Below are positions 50,363 to 62,800 of a stretch of 64,000 nt of DNA, piece after piece; the first letter of the stretch is position 1, and the number at the start of each line of letters is the position of its first letter. The notes under the pieces were generated by a model. That model was not told the DNA's origin, made no database searches, and saw only the letters and a program-made list of their open reading frames with translations. Origin of the DNA: a virus; IMG/VR virus record IMGVR_UViG_3300042402_003062, positions 5,558 to 69,557 of that record, one strand, 5' to 3'. The translations under genes were made by a program, and so were the position numbers.

Positions 50363-50440
50363 GTGCAGTAGTAGCTTTCTTAGTCTTTCTTACATTCTTA
50401 ATCATTATGGAGCACGTAACTCGTTCTCCAGAGGAGTAAC

Positions 50441-53400
50441 TTATTCAATTACTGCTCGCACCAAGCCACCTTCAAACAGTGTGCCAAATATATTTTCCGG
50501 TCGAGTCCATAGACTTGTTTTATGTGACAACGTTCCGATCGGATCAAAAAACTGATCTAATGGTGTTTCTACATTGATACCAGTCAAACTTTGAGCTGTT
50601 TCAGTCATCGCTACTGTCAAACCTTTCGTTGCAACCATTCTAGCCATAGCAGGTAAAATCCTGAAGAAGTATTTAGTAAACACCAATCCCCCCATATCAT
50701 TGGCGTATTTTATGTACTTATTATCCAAATATCCATAGTTTACATGTAACCCATCCATATGACTTAACCAACTCTTTGGAATATCTCCGCTCTTGAAAAA
50801 TACCTCCATCTCCTTCTCTGTTGCACCAAACAACAACTCCCCAATTACCTGATTACTTTCACCTCTATTTCTTAGCTTTACTGCTTGCTCCTTTGCGTCC
50901 ATCAGTATTATCATTTTGTTAATCGCATCTGAATACGTAGTTGCTTTCATAATTGAATCATGTATCGCAGTATCTTTTCGTAAATAAATTACATCTACTA
51001 CTGACTTCAGTATATTTCTACCCCGCTTATCCTCCGCTTTTTTAAGCATCTCATTTATTTTACCTTCAATAATCCCCTCTTTATCAAAGTAAGACGTATT
51101 TAAGTCTTCAAATATTACATTGTACTGTCCATCTTCAACTATCACATGCACTGGGTTTGCACGCATACTAGCGTCTAACGCAGCAATTCTTCTGTCCAAC
51201 CCTTTCTCACCAGCTCTGCGTTTCAGATCCAGGTCAATACGTTCTCTACGGAGCTTTTGGTAGTCATTCATCATACCCCAAACTTGTCGATACTTATTCA
51301 TGTACGTCAACGGATTTTTAAACGATGTGTACTGCAGCGCAATGAACATATTGGATATATTATTACCAACTACTGTTGATCCTGTAAACGCTACTATCTG
51401 TAATTTCCAGTTACGCAACAACTCCATTACAATCTGCTCAAATTTCTTCGCAACCAGTTGTCGTTTTTTACTATCTCGTATCCACGGTGCATTGATTATA
51501 CTCGCATCGTGATACCCAAAAAAGTCCGTTAACATCGTTTCTGTAACCATTAGTGGTTCTTTTTTCTTGTTAATTTCAGATTTTATGTAGTACGGAAGCA
51601 TGTCCCAATACTCTTTGAATTTGCCTTCACTTCTTGGCCCAATTTCCACAAACTTGTGCTCTGCATCTGTTTTATACATCTGGTGGAATCTTTTCAAATA
51701 CGCTAATGATGCATAATTACTCAACATAGCTTGTTGCTTATGTGTTAAGTTTGCCACAGTTGCCGCAACAGTCGCAATTATGTCATTATCCATTTCCATC
51801 AGCAATGTTTTATCAGCATGCGCCACTCGGATTCTATAGTCATATATCTCACCCATTCCGCTACGTTCTGGGACCAATGAGCTCTTCGCGCCACCTTTGC
51901 GTTTGCGTAACATCTCGAGTCTGACGTCTACATCTTCCTCCGTGTATTCTGTCAATTTCATCAACATACTTTTAAGGCTATCCCCTTCATTGGATAGTTG
52001 TACTACTTTAAGGAGTCCTTCACTATATTTTGTATCCAGACTATCACCAATCATCACGTATATTGGTTGCCCAGCAATTTCACTTAACTCTTGGTCTTTA
52101 CCCAAGTTATGTATTTTTGCTTTGCTTAATGCTTTCATCTCTGCTTCGCCCACCAAGTATCGTTTTCTGTCTTTGGTGTAGTACTCTTGCTTTGCACCTT
52201 TTGTCACATATAACTTGTTCCCTTTATATGCTTTTTCAAGGATCATTGCTTGTTCCTCACGAACTAATTCCATAGCAGCATCAAGTCCCTTTGGGTTCTG
52301 CTCTAGTGCTTGCAGTGCTCCGGCTCGTTCTTCAGCACTAAGCTTTTGCAATGCTCGTAGTGTAATAGCTTTGTCAATATTAGCTATTGTTTCTTTAGTG
52401 GAATTTGCTGTTCGCTCAAACGCTATTTGATGTGCATTGGTATACACATTTGCTGAGTTACTGTAGTTATTAACTAGTAACTCTGCCGTATTATCAATAT
52501 CTAGTATCACCGTAGGGCTTAATCCTGCAGTTGACTCATTTAGCTCTCGCTCAATCTTTGCGTCATCCCGTAAATATTCTGCTATCGCAGCACTGTCCCC
52601 AAGCATTTGTGCATCTGCATCTATCAGCACGCGTTTAGCAGCCTCTCTAGCCCCTTTCTGAACTTTACCCAATCCATATACCTCATCCAGGTTTTTGGCT
52701 GTCCTCTGGCGTATCGCAACAACTTCCTTCTCTACAAACTCTTTACTATGTCGAAACATTTCGTAGAATTTTGCAATATCCGGGTTTTTCATATTTTTTG
52801 CAAGACTGCTGAACACATTGTTTTGTAGGGCAAAACTTCTGGCTTTCGCCAATGCTTTAATATTCCACAACTTTGCAACAATCTGTTTAGCCTTACCACG
52901 TTTTGTATTTTCGATCATTTCTTGATATGTTTTGTACTCACCATCAATCTCTTCAGTTATCTTTGCAATTTTTGAATCTGTACGAGCAATGGTATCAAGT
53001 AGTTTTTCATAGCTACTTCGATCCTCTAATCGCTGCACTCTATGTTCCACTTCAAGTAACTTGTGCACCATACTTACAGCATGTTCATGTGCACTCTTTC
53101 CATCAAGCATTATGTCAGCATAAGCCTTATTCACCAAAGCTACCAATTGATTCCATAGTTTTGCCCACATACGCCCTTTTTCTTCAATAGGGCTCAGCAA
53201 CTCCAGCTTTTCTGTAGTACTGATGCCAATTAGTCCACGTACTAAGGCCTGATTAGTTGTTGCATGTGCTAAGAACTCATCAATCGGCCAATCTTTATTG
53301 TTGAATGCATAGTTCCACTGTCCAACAGCTTCATCAATTTGTGTTTGTGTAGGAGTTTCTATCCCCTCAAGGAATACTTTGTACCCTGCTCCATCATACT

Positions 53401-54208
53401 TTTTGTTTAGCTCTGCTTTCATAGCAGTACGGAACTGATCTGCTTTATAGGCCAAGACATCATTATTCTTAATCGCATTTTTCATAAGTACGTGTTGCAT
53501 TTCTTCAGCAAGAATTTCAGTATGTGTACGAAGTCTTGTATTACCTATCATCAGACGAATCTTGCCATTTTGTGGATTAGCATCACCGAATGCTTTAGTC
53601 GATTCATCCAACGCTTTGAAGAATTCTACATTCAGATCAATATCTTTTCCGGCTTCTTGCAGGACCCCCTCATACATCTTGAAAATGTTTCCTAAGTAAT
53701 CTTTGAACTCTGGGGATAATTTATCCCCGTCTAAGGCATGCACATCAGCAATTAGGGTATCCATGTTTTCCAGCAATGTACCACTAATTTCATTCACCTT
53801 CAGCTTGGCTTTAAATTCTGTCCCTTCTTTGGCACTACCAAGGACTTTCTTTTCCAATATTACATAGTGCGATCCATCAGTTGTTACACCATCTTTTAGG
53901 TTAATTTTATATGCTCCACCATTAATTGTCACAACATCTTCTGATACTGCAGAAGCATTACGCACTGTCACAAATTTTGCGGTGTATCCATCAATTGTTT
54001 GGATCATTAATCGTTGCCCAACCAATTTTTGGCTATGGTCTATAAACGAATGAATTCTTTGTGATGGCGCAAAATACTTCCCAGTTTTACGCTTACGCCC
54101 CTCTGCTTCAGCCATTCGTTTACCGTAATTTGCTCGATCAACTACTCTGTCCAAGTAGCTTATATCATCATTATCTTTGATCAATTCATTTAGTGCAGCA
54201 CATTCCAT
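50441..54208 (-). CDS. virion protein equivalent to the C-terminal part of N4 vRNAP (part C)
   Basis: Degenerate zincin EILAEEMQH...DEFLAHATTN, plus FFGYHDASI and VNY...YANDMG..FTKYFFRI, resembling the vRNAP C terminus. The only Cys is residue 3. Confidence 0.7.
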   Translation of the reverse strand: MECAALNELIKDNDDISYLDRVVDRANYGKRMAEAEGRKRKTGKYFAPSQRIHSFIDHSQKLVGQRLMIQTIDGYTAKFVTVRNASAVSEDVVTINGGAYKINLKDGVTTDGSHYVILEKKVLGSAKEGTEFKAKLKVNEISGTLLENMDTLIADVHALDGDKLSPEFKDYLGNIFKMYEGVLQEAGKDIDLNVEFFKALDESTKAFGDANPQNGKIRLMIGNTRLRTHTEILAEEMQHVLMKNAIKNNDVLAYKADQFRTAMKAELNKKYDGAGYKVFLEGIETPTQTQIDEAVGQWNYAFNNKDWPIDEFLAHATTNQALVRGLIGISTTEKLELLSPIEEKGRMWAKLWNQLVALVNKAYADIMLDGKSAHEHAVSMVHKLLEVEHRVQRLEDRSSYEKLLDTIARTDSKIAKITEEIDGEYKTYQEMIENTKRGKAKQIVAKLWNIKALAKARSFALQNNVFSSLAKNMKNPDIAKFYEMFRHSKEFVEKEVVAIRQRTAKNLDEVYGLGKVQKGAREAAKRVLIDADAQMLGDSAAIAEYLRDDAKIERELNESTAGLSPTVILDIDNTAELLVNNYSNSANVYTNAHQIAFERTANSTKETIANIDKAITLRALQKLSAEERAGALQALEQNPKGLDAAMELVREEQAMILEKAYKGNKLYVTKGAKQEYYTKDRKRYLVGEAEMKALSKAKIHNLGKDQELSEIAGQPIYVMIGDSLDTKYSEGLLKVVQLSNEGDSLKSMLMKLTEYTEEDVDVRLEMLRKRKGGAKSSLVPERSGMGEIYDYRIRVAHADKTLLMEMDNDIIATVAATVANLTHKQQAMLSNYASLAYLKRFHQMYKTDAEHKFVEIGPRSEGKFKEYWDMLPYYIKSEINKKKEPLMVTETMLTDFFGYHDASIINAPWIRDSKKRQLVAKKFEQIVMELLRNWKLQIVAFTGSTVVGNNISNMFIALQYTSFKNPLTYMNKYRQVWGMMNDYQKLRRERIDLDLKRRAGEKGLDRRIAALDASMRANPVHVIVEDGQYNVIFEDLNTSYFDKEGIIEGKINEMLKKAEDKRGRNILKSVVDVIYLRKDTAIHDSIMKATTYSDAINKMIILMDAKEQAVKLRNRGESNQVIGELLFGATEKEMEVFFKSGDIPKSWLSHMDGLHVNYGYLDNKYIKYANDMGGLVFTKYFFRILPAMARMVATKGLTVAMTETAQSLTGINVETPLDQFFDPIGTLSHKTSLWTRPENIFGTLFEGGLVRAVIE

Positions 54209-54223
54209 TTAACAGCCTTCTTT
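54200..54223 (-). repeat. gene-junction motif, copy 2 (KEGC*MEC)
   Basis: AAA GAA GGC TGT TAA ATG GAA TGT; 21 of 24 nt identical to 56834-56857. Confidence 0.9.
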
Positions 54224-56842
54224 GAGCAATTTTTGCACGGCTTCATTCTCCGTACGTTCTCGGTCTTTGAGGTGAATTGTACCCATGTTTTGTTTAGCTT
54301 TGGCTTCCGTAACCATCTGATCTTTTACTTGAACATCAGACATCACAGTTTTAGTAAGTGCATCAAATGCTTCTTTATTTGCTATACCTATACCAAACTT
54401 AGTACCCTTTACAGCAAAGCTTATATGTGGGTATGGATATGGGAATTTAGTTCCTAGCTCTTTGTTCACTGCGTCAATTAGGGCATTTACCCCAGGAGCA
54501 TCTACTAACTGAATCATAGCCTCTTCATGTACCATATGTTTACCTAAGTCTTGATTGGCCCAATCTTTAAACATTTCTATATCTCGCTCTATTTTGTATA
54601 CTTCAGGACGCTCTGTATAGCTTAAGTCTGCTTTCTCTATAAGCTTTTGCACTATTCCAGCCTTTTTTGGGTCCTCTTCAAATATTTTCTGCAATTGCTT
54701 ACCTTCAGGAAAACCCCACACTGTTAAGTGGGTCTCTTCTTTTGGAGTAAATCCAGCAGGAATATCTTTAGCAGCAGAAGGGATTTTTACTTTTATCAAC
54801 AAGGATTTAGACTTTGGACTAAATCGTGGGCCTTCTGCTTTTTTCTCAATTGCTTTCACTAGCTCATAAATTTTATCAGCGTAGACTTGACCTTCTACAC
54901 CAAACAATACTTGTTTAATTTTGTCAATCACACGTTGTAGCAAACTACGCATATCATTTCCAATTAACTTCTCTAACTCTACCTTTACATCTGGCTCAGC
55001 CATTAGAACCGCTACATTTTCTTGCAACAATCCTAACTCACCATTTTTACTATCCCAAGTTAATCGCTCGTTAAGCATATACACATCTATGCCTTCTACT
55101 CCACCACGCACTACCTTATCAAGTTTGCTACGTACTTGAGCCATCATCTTGCCAAGTCGTACCACATCTGTATCCTTTTGATTCGACTCCAGCCAACGAG
55201 CTGTTTTATCATGCGCTATCTCATGGGCCAAGTATACAGCACGTTCTCCGGCTGTTGCATCTTTGTCAAGTGTTATCGTACCATCACTCCAGTGGAACAT
55301 ATTCCCTTCTTCTACTGTCACATCTGGATTTTCCGTTAGATATGCTTTGTTATTAGCTTCTATTACAGCAATCTCTTCTTCAGTTATATTTTGCTCAAAT
55401 GTTTCACCTGCCCCAAGAGCCATTTCATAATTACTAGTAGCTGCTTGCGATGCTTCTTGGGCAATTGCAGCAATTTCAGCTCTTGTCATTGACATTAGCT
55501 TTTGTAACAATTCCTTTTCTACTTTAGTTACCTTTTTAGAATCAAATGTTAATGTTTTTTTCACGACGCGTTTTAATGAGTTTAGCTCTATCTTATTTTT
55601 AAGCAGTTGCTGCCAAAATTCTCCAGACTCACTAACTACCGCTCTATCTCGATTTCTTTTAAATGGAGTACCATCTGCATTTACTTCTCCATAAGATTTG
55701 TCAATTACATAGCTCCACTCGGCTTCGTATTCTTCTAGCATCTTCTCTAGATCACTAACTTTTAATTTAGTATTGTCCCCAGCAAATACTTCCATAATTG
55801 GACCTGTAGCTAGAATAGGTTCTACTTCAACTATACTAACAGGAGTTTCAGAAGTGCTTCTTTCTTTTTGTAACTTATCTCTAATCTGCATCAATAATTC
55901 TGGAAATTTATCTTTCCATATTTTATCTGCCACATTATGAGTTAAGTCTGCAGTTCCTGTACTAAGTAATAACTTGGTTGCTTCAGGATTTTGTTCAAAT
56001 GAACGCAACATTATTGCAGGCATAAGTGTTTTAGTATTCCAGTTATTTATAGTTTTAGTACCTTTAGTACCTCGTGCAACTAATCCACCGTTGTTCCAAT
56101 TTTTATTATATACATCCTCTTCAAGTCCAGTCCCACTCTTTAGTGACTGATAGGCATGCTCTACACTCTGAAATGTGCGACCTTGCATAGTAAATGGACG
56201 AACTGCTAAGTTACTTAACTCTTCATACCCATTTTTATCTTTTGAGTACACATTAATAGATTCTACTGGGGCTACTGAAGGCTCTACAACAGTCTGAGGC
56301 ACTATCTTTAGTGCACCAATTTTATCTTTATTCTGATTTATCGCATAAAGCAATACTAGGGCATGGGATAATGGTTGCCCTACAGCAGTTCCTTTATAGT
56401 ATAACTTTTTCTTACCATCCAGAACGGCTCTAATCTGTGGTATAGCTCGGAATGTTTTCTGCCTAGCCTCTTCCAAGGCTGTTAAGTCCCCGGTGTAGCT
56501 AGCAGGTACAATATTCCGTACCAACCAATCATAGTACATAGCCGATAGATCTCCATCGGATTTAGTATTAACATTAGTACGTTCAAATGGATTTCCAAAG
56601 AATGAGTTTGGCCCGCGCATTCCCCACACATCATTTGTTGCTTTTTTAGGTCCACCTACAATCATCTCTGCGTATGGAGCCACAGCTTTTGTTAATGCCT
56701 CAATCATCGCCGAATACGATTTATCTTTGATAATTTTTGGAAAGCTATTATCTTTAATTTCTTGGACACGTTTTTGTATCTCAGGGTACGCTTCCAATGC
56801 TAGGATCAATTTATCCACATACTCAGGTATTCTGCATGCCAT
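54209..56842 (-). CDS. polyvalent virion protein (part B): DUF4326-like, NADAR, zincin and 2H phosphoesterase domains
   Basis: RGPNSFFGNPF; LSNL...FQSVEHAYQ...LLSTG...LLMQIR; HEIAH; HLT...HIS. Cys only at residues 3 and 877. Confidence 0.7.
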   Translation of the reverse strand: MACRIPEYVDKLILALEAYPEIQKRVQEIKDNSFPKIIKDKSYSAMIEALTKAVAPYAEMIVGGPKKATNDVWGMRGPNSFFGNPFERTNVNTKSDGDLSAMYYDWLVRNIVPASYTGDLTALEEARQKTFRAIPQIRAVLDGKKKLYYKGTAVGQPLSHALVLLYAINQNKDKIGALKIVPQTVVEPSVAPVESINVYSKDKNGYEELSNLAVRPFTMQGRTFQSVEHAYQSLKSGTGLEEDVYNKNWNNGGLVARGTKGTKTINNWNTKTLMPAIMLRSFEQNPEATKLLLSTGTADLTHNVADKIWKDKFPELLMQIRDKLQKERSTSETPVSIVEVEPILATGPIMEVFAGDNTKLKVSDLEKMLEEYEAEWSYVIDKSYGEVNADGTPFKRNRDRAVVSESGEFWQQLLKNKIELNSLKRVVKKTLTFDSKKVTKVEKELLQKLMSMTRAEIAAIAQEASQAATSNYEMALGAGETFEQNITEEEIAVIEANNKAYLTENPDVTVEEGNMFHWSDGTITLDKDATAGERAVYLAHEIAHDKTARWLESNQKDTDVVRLGKMMAQVRSKLDKVVRGGVEGIDVYMLNERLTWDSKNGELGLLQENVAVLMAEPDVKVELEKLIGNDMRSLLQRVIDKIKQVLFGVEGQVYADKIYELVKAIEKKAEGPRFSPKSKSLLIKVKIPSAAKDIPAGFTPKEETHLTVWGFPEGKQLQKIFEEDPKKAGIVQKLIEKADLSYTERPEVYKIERDIEMFKDWANQDLGKHMVHEEAMIQLVDAPGVNALIDAVNKELGTKFPYPYPHISFAVKGTKFGIGIANKEAFDALTKTVMSDVQVKDQMVTEAKAKQNMGTIHLKDRERTENEAVQKLLKEGC

Positions 56843-56857
56843 TTAACAACCTTCTTT
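56834..56857 (-). repeat. gene-junction motif, copy 1 (KEGC*MAC)
   Basis: AAA GAA GGT TGT TAA ATG GCA TGC. Confidence 0.9.
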
Positions 56858-59800
56858 TAAATTCTCAAACATATCTTTAAATAGTGTTTTACCTATAGTA
56901 GTGCCAGTCATTTCGCTAGCAACTTGCTCCATTATTTTTCTAGGCCCTTTATCTCCACTTGTGAATAGATCAATAGCAAGAGCTCTAATTTCTTTAGCCA
57001 TTTTAGCACCATCTTGCTTAACAGGAGCCTCCGTAGCAACTTCCTGCACAATACCAGCTCTTACGCTATCTACTAGCCATTCAAGCCCTTCTAGCACAGC
57101 AGTATCAGCTCCTTCTTCAGCAAATACTGCGTATCGTTTATCAACTAACTCTTCTGTAGTCTTACCTTTAGCTTCATAACCTTTAATGTCTCCGGCAGCA
57201 GCGTATTGATTGACTACCAATTCTTGCTCAACCAAGTCACGTCTAGCAGTGTCTATGCTCCGTAGGGTATGAATCACATCTCCTACCAAGTCTAATACTG
57301 ACTCACCTTCTTCTACCGGTCCAAGTATACGCTCAAGGTCACCAAGTACTTGTGAAGCCATTTCAGGATCCATTTCCAAGCCTTCTCGTTTACCAAGCAT
57401 GAACTCCATTTTTTCAACGGCTTTTCCAAGCATACTATGTGTCATATTAATATCGTAGAACGACTCATTCATTTTTTGGAGTTGTTTTGTGTTCTTTGTT
57501 AAATCTGTACCCATCATCAGTGCATCATAGATATTCAATACAGCCATTACATGCCCTGTTATCATAACTGACCCATCCGCAGCATGTACTGTTGTTACAC
57601 CAATTGCTCCAACGTTAGCAACCAGCTCTTTGATTGCTTGATTATAATTTCTTGAGTACCCTGTTCCACTTTGGAAGGTGCTTGTGTTAATTGTTACGGA
57701 AATCTGGTTGGACTCACCTTCCTTATTCTCTGTTTTCCAATAATCTACCAAACCGCCTTCAATCGCTGCTTCAGTAGCGTAATAGGTACCTTCTGAAAGC
57801 ATCTCTGACTTAATATCAGTTAGCTCTGCAATTGTAAGTTCACCCATTACTCCTTTTACAGAAGTTTCTCTTCCAGCAAGTTTATCCTTCACTTTTTTGT
57901 TAAAGTTCATTTTAAAGATTGTATAGTTAACTTCTTCTACAGTTTGGAGCGCTTTTCTAAACTCAATAACCGGTCCAAATGTTGATTTGAAGCTCTCTGC
58001 AAACAAATCTCCAAGCTTTTCATCAATTGCTTTAGTAAGTAGTCCTACTTGATACTCACTCAAGTACGCATATAGCTTTTTCTCATCATCGTTTAACTCA
58101 TCTTCATTGAGTTTTGTAGATATAAGCTCACCATCTTTTATAGCGTATTTCACATACGTTGGTTTAATATCTTTTAATCCAGAAATTTCTAGCAAAGTTT
58201 CTAATTTACCTCTTGCCAATCCACCAGGAATATAGCTATTACCAACAATCAGTGACTGCGCCATTGCTTCAGTAATGTTCTTAAGCCCTGCACCATATAT
58301 AAAGATCATTACTGGGTTTTTCATGAAATTTCTCCATGCCCCACCAATAACATCATCGATTTGTGCATGAGCTTTTTTGTCAAGCAGTGTGTTTAGAATT
58401 TTTAAAGGCGCTTCATAAATATCTTTACCTTTATTTTCTTTGAATTCTCCGTGACTTGCGATATTGCTATCTCCGCCGTATACACCAGCTCGTCCTAACA
58501 TTCCTTCGGTAAATTTTGTCCAACCCATTTGCATCAGGGTAAACGCCATACCATTTGTAATACCATCTCCCTCAAGCGCTAGATTAGTTATGATTGTTTC
58601 ATCACCAGCACGGATCTTACGAAGTAATTCTACCGCTTGTACAACGTGTAGTAATGTTTTACTATCATCATGAAGTTGTGACACAGCACTTGGGTCAGTG
58701 TTTTCAAAGAGTACCCCATTCATCTCTCGAACTGATCCAAGATTAAACTCAGCATCATTCACAAGCCCTTGTAGTCGTTCGTTTTTACCCCATTTTAGAG
58801 TAAGTCCTTCAGGCCCTTTTACAATATGTACATACTTATTGCGTAGCTCTGTCAGCGCAGACTCAGGCTTTAATTTATCAATACCGATACCCATTGCTTG
58901 AGCAATTGCCAGTTCAATATGTTCTAGCTCTGCTTGGGTCACTTCTTTAGTATCAATAGTGTTCATCATATCTTCAGCTGCTACTAAAAACCGGCTAATA
59001 CCACTTGCTTGTGGATTAACAAGTTTATTAGTCATCATACTGCGCCCACTTAACGTATAATCCCAGCCTAAATAGAATTTCTGTCCATCACCAACCAGTG
59101 CATGTGCTTGGAGCATTCGCTCAATTATTAGCTCCTCTGCTTTATACTTAGCAAGTTTACTTTCCATATCCATAGCTTGTGTGCTAGCTATTAACTCTTC
59201 TAAGCTACCTAGCAATTGTTCTTTGATAATTTCCACATAATCACTACCATCTTCTGTAGTAGACATATTTTGTGCTGCATGTATATACTCTTCAAGCCCA
59301 ACAAACTCCCAAGATTGTTCTCCTTGTCTATCCAAGTAGTTTTTAGCAGGTGTTGCCAACGGTACATCGCTATTTCTAATCGTTGCATCAGCTTTCTTCT
59401 TAGCAATCGGGGTTAAGCTTATATCTCCTTCCTCTCTTGCTGTTGCAAACTCAAACACAGTACCCATCTCACCAACTTCTCGCATATAGTCTTTGCTGAG
59501 CGTTTCCAGATTCATTACACGTATACTTTTTGACTTACTTACATCTTCATCTTTTACAGCAATATGCTCATAGACAAGTTTATCATTTTTGACAAATACA
59601 ACACCTCTGCGAACAGTGTCTACATCTTTTGCTCTTTTTGGAAGTATGTTATTAATCACCAATACACCAAGAGCCATCTCTATATCCGGACGTTGTTGTA
59701 CCGTCAATTTTTTGCTCAGTTTCAGCTCTAACTCACGTAGCAGCAATCTACCAGCATTTGCACGGAACACAGCTTCAGGAACATACTTCCCACCACGTAC

Positions 59801-62800
59801 TGCCTTTTTAACGGCAGTCTTACCAACGCGAATGTTCAACTCATCATCAAACTCACCCCATAATGTTGTAAACCCATTATCTACAATATCATTCATTAAA
59901 TCATTGGTAGTTACACGCATATCAATCATTTCTTTTAGCGTGACTGCACTAGCTAGATTCATTGCTGTTTTCACAGTTGCTCGGACACCATCTTTAAGCA
60001 CTTTATACGCAGGATCTGTCAGTTCTTTAGGTTCAATTTCCCATAAATTTTCAAGAGCCACTCCACCAATTTTGATGTCTCGCAACGGATTTGTGTTATC
60101 ACCATCTTTTTGTTTTGGAAACCACTGAGCGAACCCTTCAGCTGTGCGTGCTTCAGCAAATTTCTTAAATGATCTTAAGGCACTTTCCACCATAATCTTG
60201 CCAGACTCTTTGACTTTTAGCATATTTGGCATAATGTCCATCACAGCATCAATTCCAATATCTTGTTTTAGACCAAGCATTGCACTCAAACTTTGGGTTA
60301 ATTTATTGTTAGGCTCTACAAAGTCTCCAAGCACCTCTTCCATCGGCCCACGAACTTCTTTAGCCTCATCTATCTTTTGTTGCTTTTTAGCCTTTTTAAC
60401 AGCCTGTATAGCCTCTACCTTAGCTTGTTCAGTCTTTCTGATAATACTCCCAAGCTCCATTATCTGTACACGTAAGTTATCAATCTCTTCCATCGTTTCA
60501 GTAGCAGCATCTTCTAACTTAACAATTTGTTTGTATAGTTTTGTCACAACACCTTTTAGGGATCGAATGGTGTTACGAACTTGCCCTAACAATTTTTTAA
60601 ACTCTAACTCTACTCCAGATCTCCAGTCTAGTCGATTAGCACGGAATTCTTCTTTAGCTAATCGGATATTTACAGCATGCAGTTTTGTACGCGCTTCTTT
60701 AATAGCTCTGTAGTACTCACCTTGTAACTTGAATAACACTGGAAGTTTTGATTTTTTACTTTGTATCAAAGCTTCTGTTTCACTAAGTTTATTTTCCAAC
60801 CAGATAACGTATCGTTTAGCCTTTTTAACTGCCTCTGAATCAGTTGAGTCATTAATCTCTGCTTGAGTAGGCAGTGTAGGCTCTTCATACTCTGGCTCAG
60901 CACCTTCTTTTGCAAGTTTGTACTCAGATTGTCCCTCATCACTTGTTTTAAACGCAGGAGTGGTATTAACTGGACTCACAGGAGCAGCTGGCACAACATT
61001 TGATACAGGAAGTTTAGGTTTCTTAGGTTGTTTCTTTGGAGTTTCTTTAACTACTAACAAATTACCCTCTGCATCATACATAGCATCTGGAGTATTATCT
61101 TCAATAGTTGGAGCTCTACTTGTATCCCAATCAGTACGTTCATCTAGCATCGCATCAATTACTTCTGGAGATAAGTTATTACCACGAGTTTTTTGTAACT
61201 CATGATATACACTTCTTCGAACCACAGGATCTTTTGAATTTGCTCTATCTAGCATACTTTCATGTGCAAGTTGAGAACTCCATAACTTTTCAGCCATTGC
61301 TTCAAATACCGATTTTAATGCATTACCATCTTCAAGAGTCGCTAATTTAGCGTTTATAATATCTAGCAGCTGTGCATTTTCGTACATCTTATCTACCAAA
61401 CGCCCTTTAATACCAGCGAGTCGAAATAAGTTTTTTGTACCTTTTTCATCTACTGAGTACCCAAGCACTTTTTCAATTCCACGATGAGCCACAAATTCTT
61501 GTAAATCTTCAATAGCTTTTGTCTCATCTGCTAATGGCATACCAGTACCAACAAAGGTTTCAATAGCTTCTGCATGTTCTGGAATACTCTTTTTATACTC
61601 ACCAGAATCAAGTAAGAATCCAGTCTTAGCAATCTCTGCTGTTACATCCGCAGCTGTCTTTTTACGCTTTTGTGGACCTGTTGGTGGTGCACCTTCACTT
61701 GACCCAAGTCTATTTCCTTCTGCACGCATTGCCTCTAGAGCCGATTCAATCGCACCTAGTTTTGTAGCAATCCCTGACTCTGCACTTCCCATAACTTTAA
61801 TATCTTTAATCGCCTCAACCAATGAGCTATACTGCTCCTCGCTAAGCGTTGCTATTTTAGCCATCAAGGAATTTTCTACAACAGGGTCCATATTGTACTT
61901 AGCAAGGAACTCTTTAGCTCTATCATTACTCGCCATAGAATCGAACATGGCTTTGATCTCTTCTTTTTGAGATTCAACAAATGCTAGTTCTGCCGCTCTG
62001 TTGCCTTTAGCCACTTCAACCATCTGCGCATTGATCTCTTTACGTTGTTCAGGAGTAAATTTATTTCCACCAACATCTAAGTTATGTGCTTTTGAGTAGT
62101 TTACAATCTTTTTAATAAGCATATACTCAGCAACTTGCTTCGCTTCTGGGGTAAGCCCATACACTTGAGCAATTTTATTGGTACCATCTCTGAATATATC
62201 TTCTACATTCTTTTTACCAGTCAAGGCATCTGTTTCTTTACCCATGTACCCATATTTCACTCGTGCTTCTGGGGAGAACACCAAATCAATTACAAATTCA
62301 GCAATTGTTTCACCGTATACTTCTCGTGATTTTGGATCAGTTCCAACTGAAAAGTCAGGACTTCCGACACTAGCCCACATATTTGCTTTACCATCCATGC
62401 CTAGTGGTTTTTGCACCATGTCAGGATCTGAAGTAGCGGCGCTATTCAATGCAATCTTTTCTTTTAAGTATTGCCCAGCAGGAGCAAGTAGTGTACCTAC
62501 AGCACGTGGACTTGCCATGTATCCGCCACCAGCTGCTCCTAGTAGGGTCCCGCCAATAATTGCAGATGACTCAGCATCAAGCAATTGCTTGATTGTCATA
62601 TCTTTGTACTTATCACTACCATATTTAGTATTTATTACATTAAATATTGCATCTGTACCTTCTTGTAATGACTCAACTCCCATACTTTTTGCCATCTCTG
62701 CGCCAGTTAATCCTACAGCTGTCATAAATCCTCGCGCAATCTCTTCTTTAGGCAACGCATTAGGCCCAAATGCCACACGTTTCGCAGAATAAATCTCAGC

